From positions 108,750,001 to 108,814,000 of the forward strand of contig NC_086108.1 of assembly GCF_963921235.1 (NCBI RefSeq): a stretch of DNA of 64,000 nt, given 5' to 3'. The notes under the pieces were generated by a model. That model was not told where the DNA came from. It ran no database searches and worked only from the letters and a program-made list of their open reading frames with translations. Positions 12,617-25,550 of this stretch are shown one piece after another. Position 1 is the first letter of the stretch; every line of letters starts with the position of its first letter. The DNA is from Mobula hypostoma. Lineage: Eukaryota. The position numbers and the translations under genes are program-made.

Positions 12617-12992
12617 TGCTTGTTTGTAGGGTTGATTGCCGAGCCTGGAGCTGAGGTCACAAATGTTTTGTCACCAGTCGAGGTGACATCATCAGTGTGT
12701 AACTGGATGTTGTTTCTGCCAAGTGCTTGTTTTTATATTGGTCCGACTTGTTGTTCAGATTGGTTGACTGTCATGCTGGCTACTAGTCTCCACTGGGTCC
12801 TGGCCGACCGGACAGCTGAGTGATCCCCACGGGCCTGTATCCCGAGGAACCAACACACACAGTGACCAATAACCAAGGATACTGATGATGCCGCCTCGAC
12901 CTGTGATGAAACGTTTGTGACCTAACTTCCAGTTTTGGCGAACAAACCTAGAAACAATAGCCAACCCAAGCTACCAGTCTTCTCTTTCTTTT
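12617..12992. mobile_element. Second PLE-like family, inverted terminal-repeat pair with hammerhead-like motifs
   Basis: 12617-12699 is the reverse-complement homologue of 12881-12960. Both carry CUGAUGA..(G/A)AAAC motifs. The same architecture recurs at 61863-62183. Confidence 0.65.
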
Positions 12993-13036
12993 CAAACAAC
13001 TCTCACTGATTTGATTTGATGCAAATGATGCATTTC

Positions 13037-13764
13037 GGTGGAGCTGACCTCTTTGCACACTGTGCGTTCGCAAAGAAGGTGAGGAAGAGAATGGAAGGGA
13101 CAGTACTAAGATTCATGCCCAGCAGCTGCGTTACCGAGGACTCCGTGATCTACGGGGTGTTCCCGGGGACGCACACGAAGACAAATATCTGGTGCTGCTG
13201 GCAGATCATCAATTCGGTGAAAGACGTACTTTGGTCTGCCCGAAACTTGGTGGTCTACCAGCACATGGAGATGTCTGTGACTGAAATCTGCCGACTGGCT
13301 CACTCTCACCTGCAGGAGCACGTACTGAGGGATGCACTCAAGCTTGGTGTGGCCACTGCGAAGGCCCGGTGGGGAAGGATCACAGTTTAAGGTTCATCAC
13401 CTGTGGGAGTGGGAGGGGTTGGGTGGGGAGGAGACTAACCCTCATCAGTGGTGGGGACAGATAATCAACATGGTGCCCAAGGAGTGGGTGGAATTGTTAA
13501 TTTGGGAAAAGCATTAAAGCCAACTCCTGCCTTTATTGTTGATAATTTTATTGTTAATAAGCCTTAACTCTTGACCAAGGGTTGAGAGTAAATGAAAGGT
13601 TTATTGTAAACATCTTCCATTTGTAAATGAACAGAGAGTCAACACATAATTTTATTGTAAATAACTTTATTGAATAAGGACTCAGAGTCAATGAATGTTT
13701 TTGTCTTATATGTAAATAACTTTATTTTGTAATACTTTTGAATAAAGTATTTTTGGAAAAAAAA
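13037..13764 (+). mobile_element. Tx1/L1-clade LINE 3' end
   Basis: ORF 13016-13390 (LFAHCAFAKKV..IINSVKDVLWSARN..AKARWG) resembles the C-terminal zinc-binding region of Tx1 ORF2. It has an AT-rich 3'UTR, AATAAA plus poly(A), and a 10-bp TSD aaatgatgca at 13023-13032 and 13762-13771. Confidence 0.85.
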
Positions 13765-14109
13765 TGATGCACTGTATGTTTCAATGTACACGTGACAAAT
13801 ATAGCTAAATCTAAAAATAATCCAATCTAATATAATCTAAAAATCTGACCTGTCTGCTGACTTACACTGAAATACTTCCCTGTCCAGTTTCAATCAGTGT
13901 GTCTCTATCACTGCAGTGATGTGTAAACTTCTGTGTGTTTCTATCCCTGACTATGTTGTCTATTTTTTTTTTTATCAGTCTACGTATCTGTTCTTCTGTC
14001 AGTGGACCTGCTTGCTTGCTATCTGATTGTTCATTTATCTTATTCTGTCTGTTTGCCCATTTATCTAATGAAGTTTATGGCTGCTCAAGTCAAAACAGCT
14101 ACCAAAAGC

Positions 14110-15447
14110 AACTCTGTTTGATTTTGAGCTTTGAAAGGGAGAATAAAACTACATCTGTGCAAATCACTGTAACATCTCGTGATCCTGTGATCTCTGTCTC
14201 AGAACATCTTTCAAAAGGGTGAACCCTCACAAGGTGACAGGCTCTGATGCCAACAAAATCTGTGCCAACCAACTGGCGGGACTATTCAAGGGCATCTTCA
14301 ATCTTTCACTGCTGCAGTTGGAGGCTCCTACCCGCTTCAAAAGGGTGAGACTTATGGCAGTGCCCAAGAAGAGCAGGGTGAGCTGCCTCACTGACTATCA
14401 CCCAGTTGTACTCACGTCTGCTGTGATGAAGTTCTTAGAGAGGTTGGTCATGACCAGAATCAACTATTGCCTAAGCAAGGACCTGGACCCAATGCAATTT
14501 GCCTGTCACCAAACTAGGTCTACAGCAGATGTAACCTCACTGGCTCTTCACTCGGTTTTGGATCACCTGAATAATAGTACAGTAATACTGAGCAACACAC
14601 GCAAAATACTAGAGGAATTCAGCAGACCAGGCAGCATCCATGGAAAAAAGTACATTCTTCCATAGATGCTGCCTGGCTTGCTGAGTTCCTTCAGCATTTT
14701 ATGTGTGTTGCTCGGATTTCCAGCAACTGCAGCTTTTCCCTTGAATAGTAATAGCTACATCAGGCTCTTGTTTAATGATTACAGCTCAGTGTTCAACTCA
14801 ATCATACCTTCAGTACTAATTAACAAGCTCCAAAACCTGGGCCTCTGTATCACCTCTATAAATGGAGCCTTGACTTCTTCACCGGGAGACCACAGTCAGT
14901 GAGGATCGGAAATAACATCTCCTCCTCATTGACAATCAACACAGGTTCACCTCAAGGTTGCGTGCTCAGCCCACTGCTCTACTCTTTCTACACCCACAAC
15001 TGTGTGGCCAGGCACAGTTCAAACGCCATCTATAAACTTGAAGATGGCACAACTATTTTTGGCAGAATTTTCAGATGGTGACAGGAGTGAGATAGATCAG
15101 CTGATTGAGTAGCACTGCTGCAACAACCTTGCATTCAATGTCAGTAAGACCAAGGAGTTGATTGTGGACTTCAGGAAAGGGAAGTTGAAGGAACATAGAC
15201 TAGTCCTCATCGAGGGATTATCAGTGGAAAGAGTGAGCAATTTCACATCCCTGGCAGTCAACATCTCTGATGATCTATCCTGGGTCCAACATATTGATGT
15301 ACTTACAAAGAAGGCACAACAGTGGTTATATTTCATTAGGAATTTGAGGAGACTTGGTACATATGTCATCAAAGGCTCTTGCAGATTTCTAAAAGAGTAC
15401 TGTGGAGAGTATTCTGACTGGTTGCATCACAGTCTGCTCTGGAGGGG
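14110..15447 (+). mobile_element. Decayed Rex1/Babar LINE RT region
   Basis: Broken frames [78 protein letters not shown]. Confidence 0.85.
14590..14740. repeat. Fold-back PLE terminal-repeat insertion
   Basis: Inverted arms of about 58 bp (gagcaacacac..ccatggaa / ttccatag..gtgtgttgctc) around a short spacer, inserted in Rex1. Confidence 0.75.
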
Positions 15448-15450
15448 TGT

Positions 15451-15985
15451 TGTAATAAAATGGCTTCTCTGTAATGCTAACTACTGAGGTAATGGGTTCT
15501 CTGTAGCTGCGATGTTTGGGTTATAACTACAGATAACGGGGAACTAACCAATGTCTGGGAACCAAGTTGGTTCGTCGGCTTTGAGGTGAGGCGAGCGAAG
15601 AGGAAGGATGAGTGCGGGGAGTGCTCGGTGATCCTGGGACGGCGATACGGGAGTTCGGGGATCCTAAGGTTGGCGGCATTTCGGCGGAGGTTGTTTATGG
15701 AAGGACACTGGAGGCGTGAGCTCCAACGATTTTTTTTTGTGCACGAACTGATAACTTTAATAAGAGTGGCACCTTTGTCTTTTATATTTGGTTTCTCTAT
15801 TAACCACACCACAAGATTTATAAAGTGTAATTATTTAATCGTTTATTGTGTACTGTCTGATATTTGTGTTGTGAGTTTGTACTGGGGTACATTACATGGC
15901 ATCCACCCAAACTGGAATGCCCTATTTGACGGGGCCGAAAGCAGATTCCCCTAGACGAACGTGCAGACAAGCCTAGTGGGCTACA
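15451..15985. mobile_element. Probable solo LTR (Gypsy-like)
   Basis: TGTA...TACA termini and 535 bp long. It is CpG-richer than its flanks and non-coding, and it cuts off the Rex1 copy. No matching TSD is visible. Confidence 0.45.
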
Positions 15986-16459
15986 CTCTCTTTTTACACT
16001 GTTATTAATATATACAGTATTTTGTATTGTGATTTATAGTTTTATTTAATTATTATGTTTTGCAATGTACTGCTGCCGGAAAACAAGTTTCAAGACATAT
16101 GCCAGTGATATTAACCCAGATTCTGATTTCCACCCTGATCCACATCCAATTTTACACCAGCAGTCAATAACCTTGCACACCTAGCAATATTTATGGCAAC
16201 GCATGCATGCAATTCCGAAGGAACTCAGCAGGCCAGACAGCATCTATGGAAAGGTCATCAGGACTCAAAAAGGTCTCGGTCCAAAACATCGACTGTTTTT
16301 TCATTTCCATAGATGCTGCTTGACCTGCTGAGTTTCTCCAGCATTTTGTGTGTGTATCTCTTGTATTTAACAGTTTTGGTAAACCTATAGTAGTCCGGGA
16401 CTCCTAATAGTCCACATTTGGAGAGTTATAGCCAGTAATCACAAGCTCTGATGTCCTCA

Positions 16460-17030
16460 TCTGAATCGGATTGATTATCACTGGTATTCGTTATGAAAGT
16501 TGTTGTTTTGCTGCAGCAATACAATGTAATACATAAGTATTTAAAAAAAAACACAATAAATCATGCAAAATGAGAGCAAAATATTAAAGTAGTGTTCATG
16601 AGTTTATTGTCCATTCAGAAATCTGAAGGTGGAGGAGAAGAAACAGTTCCTAAAATGTTGAGTGTGTGATTTCAGACTCCTGCTCCTGATGGTACTAATG
16701 AGAAGAGTGCACACTGTGGACTGTAAAGTTCTTTAATGATAGAGCCTTCTTAAGGCTTTTGAAGATATCAGTACTGGTGGGGACACTAGTGCTAATGATG
16801 GAGATGGCTGAATTTACAACCCTCTGCAGCTTTTATCGATCGTGTGCATTGGCCCCTCCATACCAGAAGATGACACAACCAGTTAGAATGCTCTCCACCA
16901 GACATCTGTAGAAATTTGCTAGAGTCTTTGGTGACATACCAAATCTGCTCAAACGCCTAATGAAGTATAGCTGCTGATGTGCCTTCTTCGACGTGTTGGG
17001 CCCAGGATAGATCCTCAGTGATGTTGACAC
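16460..17030 (-). mobile_element. Rex1/Babar 3' fragment
   Basis: Minus ORF KKAHQQLYFIRRLSRFGMSPKTLANFYRCLVESILTGCVIFWYG. Confidence 0.75.
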
Positions 17031-17479
17031 CTATTCATTACAGCCAATGATGAACCTATTCATCACAGTCAGGTCTCACGTTATTGCTTCAAGTCAAGTG
17101 TGATTGAGTGTGTTATTGTTCTGTATCTGTGAACATTAGGACATTTGTTCTAATTCAATTCTCAGTCTGTTTCCAACTCCATGCACTGCATCCATCTCCC
17201 CATTGCTGAACTCTCCCTGAGTGCCATGCACTTTAAGATCTCTACAACTCTCACTAGCTCTCACATTTTCTTGACATCTCTACCTACCACAGGCATGAGG
17301 TAAATCCTCCACAAGTGCTTTGAATGGTGAGGCTGGTTCAGAGGATCATAGAGTCAAGGTTGCAGAAGTTCAAAGTAAATTTGATATTAAAGTACATTCA
17401 TTTATGTTGCCATATACGAACCTGAGATGTATTTTCTTATGGACATTTACCATAAATAAAAAAACATGATAGAATGAAT

Positions 17480-17482
<3 letters not shown>

Positions 17483-17538
<56 letters not shown>
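17483..17538. repeat. (AC)n microsatellite
   Basis: About 28 perfect AC units. Confidence 0.95.
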
Positions 17539-17540
<2 letters not shown>

Positions 17541-18484
17541 CAGAGATGAACAAACTGCCAGTGTGCAAAAGACAACAAACTGTATAAATATGAAAAGCAA
17601 AGAATAATAGAAATAAATACATAAATAAGCAATGAATATTAAGAACACGAGCTCGAAAGACCTTCAAATTGAGTCCATAGGTTATGGAATCAGTTCAGTG
17701 TTGAGGGAAGTGTAGTTATCCATGTTGGTTCAAGAGACTGATGGTTGAGGAGTAATAACTCATATATCATAATATAACTATCTAATAAGCTCATAGAGTC
17801 ATACAGCACTGCAGCACAAAAACAAGTCCTTTGGTCTATCTAGTCCATGCTGAACTATTATTCTTGCTAAGTCCCATTGACCTGCACCTGTACCATAGCC
17901 CTTCATATCTCTCTAATCCATGTACCTATCCAAACTTCTCTTAAATTTTGTAATTAACCCGCATCCACCACTCACAACACCCTCTGAGTGAAGAAGTTCC
18001 CCTTCATCTTCCCCTTAGATATTTGACCTTTTATCCTTAACCCATGACCTCTAGTTCTAGTCTTGGTCCACCTCGGTGGGAAAAGCTGCTTGTGTTTACC
18101 CTATCTGTAGCCCTCGTAATTTTGTACCTCTATGAAATCTCCTCTCATTCTCCTACGCACTAAGGTATAAAATGCTAACCTATTCCTTGTAGTTCAGGTC
18201 CTTAGGTCCCAATCAATAGCAATCTCCCACAGTTAGTTAAAAGAAATCTGAGGGACAACATCATTACACAAAGGATGGCATCTATGTGGAATGAGCTGCC
18301 AGAGGAATTGGCTAACACAGGTACAATAACAACTTCTAAAAGTTGGCCAGATATGTAGGTAGGAAAGGTTCAGAAGATTATGCGGGGTAATGGGACTAGT
18401 TTGGATGGAACATCTTGGCTGGCATGGACCAGATGAGCTAAAGAGCCTGCATTCACACTGTTTAACTCTATGACTCTCTGTTTT

Positions 18485-20991
18485 ACATAGAAACATAGAA
18501 AATAGGTGCAGGAGTAGGCCATTCGGCCCTTCGAGCCTGCACCGCCATTTATTATGATCATGGCTGATCATCCAACTCAGAACCCCGCCCCAGCCTTCCC
18601 TCCATACCCCCTGACCCCTGTAGCCACAAGGGCCATATTTAACTCCCTCTTAAACATAGCCAATGAACTGGCCTCAACAGTTTGCTGTGACAGAGAATTC
18701 CACAGATTCACCACTCTCTGTGTGAAGAAGTTTTTCCTAATCTTGGTCCTAAAAGGCTTCCCCTCTATCCTCAAACTGTGACCCCTCATTCTGGACTTCA
18801 CCAACATCGGGAACAATCTTCCTGCATCTAGCCTGTCCAATTCCTTTAGGATCTTATACGTTTCAATCAGATCCCCCCTCAATCTTCTAAATTCCAACGA
18901 GCACAAGCCCAGTTCATCCAGTCTTTATCATATGAAAGTCCTGCCATCCCAGGAATCAATCTGGTGAACCTTCTTTGTACTCCCTCTATGGCAAAGATGT
19001 CTTTCCTCAGATTAGGGGACCAAAACTGCACACAATACTCCAGGTGTGGTCTCACCAAGGCCTTGTACAACTGCAGTAGTACCTCCCTGCTCCTGTACTC
19101 GAATCCTCTCGCTATAAATGCCAGCATACCATTCGCCTTTTTCACCGCCTGCTGTACCTGCATGCCCACTTTCAATGACTGGTGTATAATGACACCCAGG
19201 TCTCGTTGCACCTCCCCTTTTCCTAATCGGCCACCATTCAGATAATAATCTGTTTTCCTATTTTTGCCACCAAAGTGGATAACTTCACATTTATCCACAT
19301 TAAATTGCATCTGCCATGAGTTTGCCCACTCACCCAACCTATCCAAGTCACCCTGCATCCTCTTAGCATCCTCCTTACTGCTAACACTGCCGCCCAGCTT
19401 CGTGTCATCCGCAAACTTGGAGTTGCTGCATTTAATTCCCTCATCCAAGTCATTAATATATATTGTAAACAACTGGGGTCCCAGCACTGAGCCTTGCGGT
19501 ACCCCACTAGTCACCACCTGCCATTCTGAAAAGGTCCCGTTTATTCCCACTCTTTGCTTCCTGTCTGCTAACCAATTCTCCACCCACACCAATACCTTAC
19601 CCCCAATACCGTGTGCTTTAAGTTTGCACACTAATCTCCTGTGTGGGACCTTGTCAAAAGCCTTTTGAAAATCCAAATATACCACATCCACTGGTTCTCC
19701 CCTATCCACTCTACTAGTTACATCCTCAAAAAATTCTATAAGATTCGTGATTTTCCTTTCACAAATCCATGCTGACTTTGTCCGATCATTTCTCCGCTTT
19801 CCAAATGTGCTGTTATCACATCCTTGATAACTGACTCCAGCAGTTTCCCCACCACCAACGTTAGGCTAACCGGTCTATAATTCCCCGGTTTCTCTCTCCC
19901 TCCTTTTTTAAAAAGTGGGGTTACATTAGCCACCCTCCAATCCTCAGGAACTAGTCCAGAATCTAACGAGTTTTGAAAAATTATCACTAATGCATCCACT
20001 ATTTCTTGGGCTACTTCCTTAAGCACTCTAGGATGCAGACCATCTGGCCCTGGGGATTTATCTGCCTTCAATCCCTTCAATTTACCTAACACCACTTCCC
20101 TACTAACATGTATTTCACTCAGTTCTTCCATCTCACTGGACCCTCTGTCCCTTACTATTTCTGGAAGATTATTTATGTCCTCCTTAGTGAAGACAGAACC
20201 AAAGTAATTATTCAATTGGTCTGCCATGTCCTTGCTCCCCATAATCAATTCACCTGTTTCTGTCTGCAGGGGACCTACATTTGTCTTTACCAGTCTTTTC
20301 CTTTTTACATATCTATAAAAGCTTTTACAGTCCGTTTCTATGTTCTCTGCCAGTTTTCTCTCATAATCTTTTTTCCCCTTCCTAATTAAGCCCTTTGTCC
20401 TCCTCTGCTGAACTCTGAATTTCTCCCAGTCCTCAGGTGAGCCACTTTCTCTGGCTAATTTGTATGCTACTTCTTTGGAATTGATACTATCCCTAATTTC
20501 TCTTGTCAGCCACGGGTGCACTACCTTCCTTGATTTATTCTTTTGCCAAACTGGGATGAACAATTGTTGTAGTTCATCCATGCAACCTATAAATGCTTGC
20601 CATTGCATATCCACCGTCAATCCTTTAAGTGTCATTTGCCAGTCTATCTTAGCTAATTCACGTCTCATACCTTCAAAGTTACCCCTCTTTAAGTTCAGAA
20701 TCTTTGTTTCTGAATTAACTATGTCACTCTCCATACTAATGAAGAATTCCACCATATTATGGTCACTCTTACCCAAGGGGCCTCTCACGACAAGATCGCT
20801 AATTAACCCTTCCTCATTGATCAAAACCCAGTCCAGAATAGCCTGCTCTCTAGTTGGTTCCTCGACATGTTGGTTCAAAAAACCATCCCGCATACATTCC
20901 AAGAAATCCTCTTCCTCAGCACCTTTACCAATTTGGTTCACCCAGTCTACATGTAGATTGAAGTCACCCATTATAACTGCTGTTCCTTTAT
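18485..20991 (-). mobile_element. Young CR1 LINE, 5'-truncated: end of APE endonuclease plus RT, two frameshifts
   Basis: ORFs 19736-20971 (GDFN..ILDWVL..SDHN..KSPGPDGLHPRVLKE..NYRPVSL), 18879-19709 (LDFQKAFDKV, GVPQGSVLGP, KFADD) and 18577-18906. It has a (TTCTATGT)n tail and a possible TSD tgtttt (18479-84 / 20992-97). Confidence 0.95.
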
Positions 20992-21354
20992 TGTTTTGAT
21001 GTGCTTTTCACTGTTCTAACCCTAAAGATGCTAAACAACATAAACGTAGGCAATGTCCTTCAGTCAGTTCACTATTCCTAGACTGTTTCAATAACTCTAT
21101 GGTTTGATGTTTTATATTCTGTGTTATTTGCTTGTTTTTTGTCATTTGCGCGATGTTTTCCTTCTTTGCTCATTGGGTGTTTGATGTTTTTCTTTGAACA
21201 GGTTCCATGGTGTTTCTTTGTTTTGTGGCTGTCTGTGGGGAGGTCGAATCTCAGGGTTGTATACTGCATACAGACTTTGATAATAAATGTACTTTGAAAC
21301 TTTGAAATCAGCAATTCCCTCTCTAAACTACCCTCCCTCTAAAGACCTACCTCG

Positions 21355-21695
21355 AACCCAGAGCAACACACACAAGATGCTGGAGGAACTCGTTAGGTCA
21401 GGCAGCATCTGTGAATGTGAATAAAGAGCATATGTTTTGGGCTGAGACCCTTCAACATGACTGGACCATTTTGGATGGACCTTACCAAAAGAGTCATAGA
21501 GAAATACAGAGTTACAGAATCAGACTGTATGGAAACAAGCCCTTCAGTCCAACTGGTCCAGACCTGTTGAAGAGTCTCAGCTGAAAACATCGGCTCATTA
21601 TTCCTCTTCACAGATGCTGTTTGACCTGCTGAGTTCCTCCAGCAACTTTTGTGCGTTATTCTGGTTTTCCAGCATCTGCAGAATCTCATGTGTTC
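21355..21695. repeat. Inverted pair of PLE terminal repeats
   Basis: 21361-21465 and 21560-21660 are reverse-complement homologues with decayed hammerhead motifs. Confidence 0.7.
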
Positions 21696-21944
21696 CTAGA
21701 ACCTGCCTTCCTTTGAGCTAGATTTTCTTGTTTCTTTGCCCTAATACCTCTTTTTTTCATGACTCGGGTTCCGATGGAAGCTGTTTTTCTACTCCACGAG
21801 AATAGCTGTCGATTGAAAGTAGGTCACATTGGCAGCCAATGTTGTGTTAATAATAACTGCAATTATAATTTTATATAATGCAAGGTTATTCACTTGGGCT
21901 TTATTTTTGAATGTAATTTTGCCCTGCAATTATCATTTTCCAGT

Positions 21945-22330
21945 ACTCGCTGGAATTCAGAAAAAATGAGGGGGGGGGGGAAGAGGATCTCATTGAAACC
22001 TATCAAATGTAGAAAGGTCTCGATAGAGTGAATATGGAGAGAACGTTCCTATAGTTGGGGAGTCTAAGACCAGAGGACACAGCCTCAGAATAGAGGGACG
22101 TCCATTTAGAACAGAGATGAGGAAGAATTTCTTTAACCAGAGAGTGGAGAATCTGTGGAATTCATTGCCCAGGCATCTGTGGAGGCCATGTCATTTAAGG
22201 CAGAGTTTGATAGATCCTTGACTAATCAGGGCATGAAGAGCTACAGGAAGAAGACAGGAGACTGGGGTTGAGAGGGAAATCGATCCATCACTATGAAATG
22301 GTGGAGCAGACTCGATGGGCTAAATAGTCT
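21945..22330 (+). mobile_element. CR1 3' end
   Basis: Decayed DLIETYQM..RTRGHSLRIEGRPFRTEMRKNFFNQRVENLWNSLP coding tail and CR1 3'UTR. Confidence 0.75.
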
Positions 22331-24602
22331 TATTTTCCAAGAAGCGGCTATTTCCAATAGCAGGGGGAGAGAGACTGAGGAATAAATGGATTAGGGAGCA
22401 AGCACGGAAGAAGGTCACACATGGGTAATGTGAGAGGTTCTTGTCACCGCACTGAAGGATGGATGTGATTGCGTTGAAGAGAGTGCAGAGGAGATTCATC
22501 AGGATGTTGGCTGGATTGGAGGATTTCAACGATAGAATCATAGAGATTTATGGAGCCATAAATAATACTGCACAGAAATAGGCCCTTCGGCCCAGTGTTC
22601 ATGCTGACCAAGTGGCCCCATCCAAGCTGGTCCCATATTGCCTGAATCCCACTAAACCTTTCACATGCATGTACCTGTCCAAATGCCCTTTATACAAAAT
22701 AGAACATTACAACACATACACGAAATCTGTAGATGCTGGAAATTCAAGCAACACACACAAAATGCTGGTGGAACACAGCAGGCCAGGCAGCATCTATAGG
22801 CAGAGGTACAGTCGACGTTTCGGGCCAAGATTCTTTGTCAGGACTCATTACAGGCCTTTCTGCCCAAAATGTTGAGCCAACTTTTTAATCTCTTCAAAGA
22901 TCAAGCTAACCCTTCAAATTTCTTAAGACTCTAAGTAAATTTATTTATTATTTAAATATGTATACATCACCAAATATTGCCCTGAAATTCATTTTCTTAT
23001 AGGCATTCACAGTAAAACAGAGAAGTACAATAGCGTCAAAGAAAAGCACAGAGACTGACAAACAACGTGTAAGAGAAGACAAAACCTTCCCCCCTATGTT
23101 CTTCTTCTTCTGCTTGGGCTCTTTGCTCCCAGTGGAGCATAGGCCATTGATGACCTCCTGTCTCCATTGTCCAAAGACAACGGTGTGGTTGGAGCTCGTC
23201 AATGTTTCTGCAATCCATTGTATCCACTGTACAGGGCATTGACCTATACAGCCTCATCTGAGCCCTGTTGGCTGGCCTTACCCACCTCTGCCTCTTAAAA
23301 TAGGGATGTAGGGTTGGACTTTGAAAGGCTCCCTCCTGCACAGTCCTCCATTTTTCTATTGTCCATGTGCCTAAGAGTTTCTTAAATTCCCTAATGTACC
23401 TGCCTCTACCACGACTCCTGAGAGGGTATTCCTCTCACTCACCACTCTCTATTTAAAAAATTATCTTTGACACCCCTCTATACTTCACTCCAAACACTGT
23501 AAAATTATGCCCCAATTTTAAATGTTATTATTGTGCCTACCCCAACCACTTCCTTTGGCAGTTCATGCCAAGTATTAACCACTATCTACGTGAAAAATTT
23601 GCCCCTCACTTTCCTATTAAATCTCTCCCTCCTCACCTTTAAACTATGACCTCTCTGAAGCCTCTGTTGGTCAGAGTCGACCGTGGATGTTGCATCTCTG
23701 CTGTCTACATATGAAAGTCGGGGCAGTGCAATATGGAGAGCAAGCTGTTGCCCATGTAGAAAGCTCCCCCTCTCCTTGGCAGCAGAGATTTGAGATCAGA
23801 ATTTTCTTTCTCCTTGATGTGCTGCCGACCACGGCCGAAGAGCCCCATCTGCCTGAAGTGACCGGTTTTAACCTGCCTTTGCCCCTCCTCTCTGTAAAAA
23901 TGGTTCGCCGGGCTTATTAGCTAAACCTCACATGAAGGCTAGAAGGTGGACTGGGTTGTCAGAGGCTATTTGAGAGCATTTAAAAGGTACTAAGAGCTTG
24001 TCCCCATTACCACCCCCAGCTATAACAACCTTAAGGAATCTATGACTTCTAGTTTTTGACTTATAACTTAAAGTATTCCAAACCAAAGGCTGGAAAGAGG
24101 ATGTGGGACTTCTTATGGTGGAGAGTATTCTGATTGGCTGCATCACAACCCGATGTAGAGGGTTCAATGTATAGGATTACATGAGGCTGCAGAGGATTGT
24201 AGATGCTGCTTGTCCCATCATACCTATGTCCTCCCGACCATCAAGGACGTCTTTAAGAGTCAAGAAGGTGGAATCCATCACGAAGAGCCCTCACCATCTG
24301 GGACATGCCCTCTTCTCATTACTTCCACCGGGGAGGAGATAGAGGAACATGAGGAACCACATTTGATTCAGGAAAATCTTCTTCTCCCCCATCTGCAGAT
24401 TTCTGAATGGTCTACAACATCGTTTTTCATCTTTTGCACTATATATTTATAGTAATTTATAGAAATATTATAATTTTTAGTTTGGGTACTGGGGTGGAGG
24501 TATGCCTCTATCAAAGGAAGTATCAGGCTGCTTAGTCGCTCGATCAGAGTCACATGAAACCGTGAAGAGTATTGATAACGGCTGGGGTCACCCATCTTGT
24601 AA

Positions 24603-24848
24603 TCGAGATGCAACACAGAGCGTCATAGGAAGTCATTCCTGCCTGTGGCCATCAAACTTTACAACTCCTCCCTTGGAGGGTCAGACACCCTGAGCCAATA
24701 GGCTGGTCCTGGACTTATTTCCTGGCATAATTTACATATTACTATTTAACTATTCATGGTTTTATTGCTATTTAATTATTTATGGTGCAACTGTAACGAA
24801 AACCAATTTCCCTCAGGATCAATAAAGTATGACTATGACTATGACTAT
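24603..24848 (+). mobile_element. Short copy of the young (TATGAC)n Rex1 family
   Basis: Near-identical to 9659-9900. Confidence 0.85.
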
Positions 24849-25157
24849 ACAACAACTTTCACAACATTTATCAGTGATGATAAATCTGATTTTGAATCTG
24901 ATTCCAACATTAAGGATCTTCACCATCTGGGACATTCTCTCCTGTCATTACGACCATCAGGGGGGAGGTATAGGAGCCTGAATACCCACATTTAACATTT
25001 TAGGAACACTACCCCCCACCCCCACCATGATTTCTGAATGGTAAATGAAGCCATGAACACTACCTTATTATTTGTCTTTTGTAGGGGTATTTATTTTTTT
25101 AATTTATATGTCTTTGTTTTGCACTGCTGCTGCATCAGAACATATATCGGTAATAAT

Positions 25158-25550
25158 AAACACAAGAAATTCTGCAGATACTGGAAATCCAGAGTAACAC
25201 ACACAAAATGCTGGAGGAACTCAGCAGGTCAGGCAGCATCTACGGGAAAGAATTAACAGGCTACGTTTCAGGCTGAGGCCCTTCATCAGGATTGAGAAAG
25301 AAGGGGGAAGATGCCAGAACAAAAAGTTGGTGGTGGTGGGGGGGTGGGGCGGGGAAGAGACTAGCTAGAAGGTGATAGGTAAAGCCAGGTGGGTGGGAAA
25401 GGTCAAGGAATGGAGAAGAAAGGAGGGTGGACCATAGGAGAAAGGGAAGGGACCCTAGGGGAAATAACAGGCCAGTGAGAAGAAGTAAAAGGTTGGAGTG
25501 GGGAGAAGAATGGAGGGGAATTTGTTTACTGGAAGGAGAACTGAATATTC
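25158..25550 (-). mobile_element. PLE 3' UTR and terminal repeat with hammerhead core
   Basis: Minus strand CUGAUGA-AGGGCCUCAGCCU-GAAA-CGUA at about 25262-25290; homologous to 4580-4970. Confidence 0.7.

Noticed and set aside
18964..20999. Plus-strand ORFs of 93-179 aa
   Set aside because: These are antisense shadows of CR1 ORF2.
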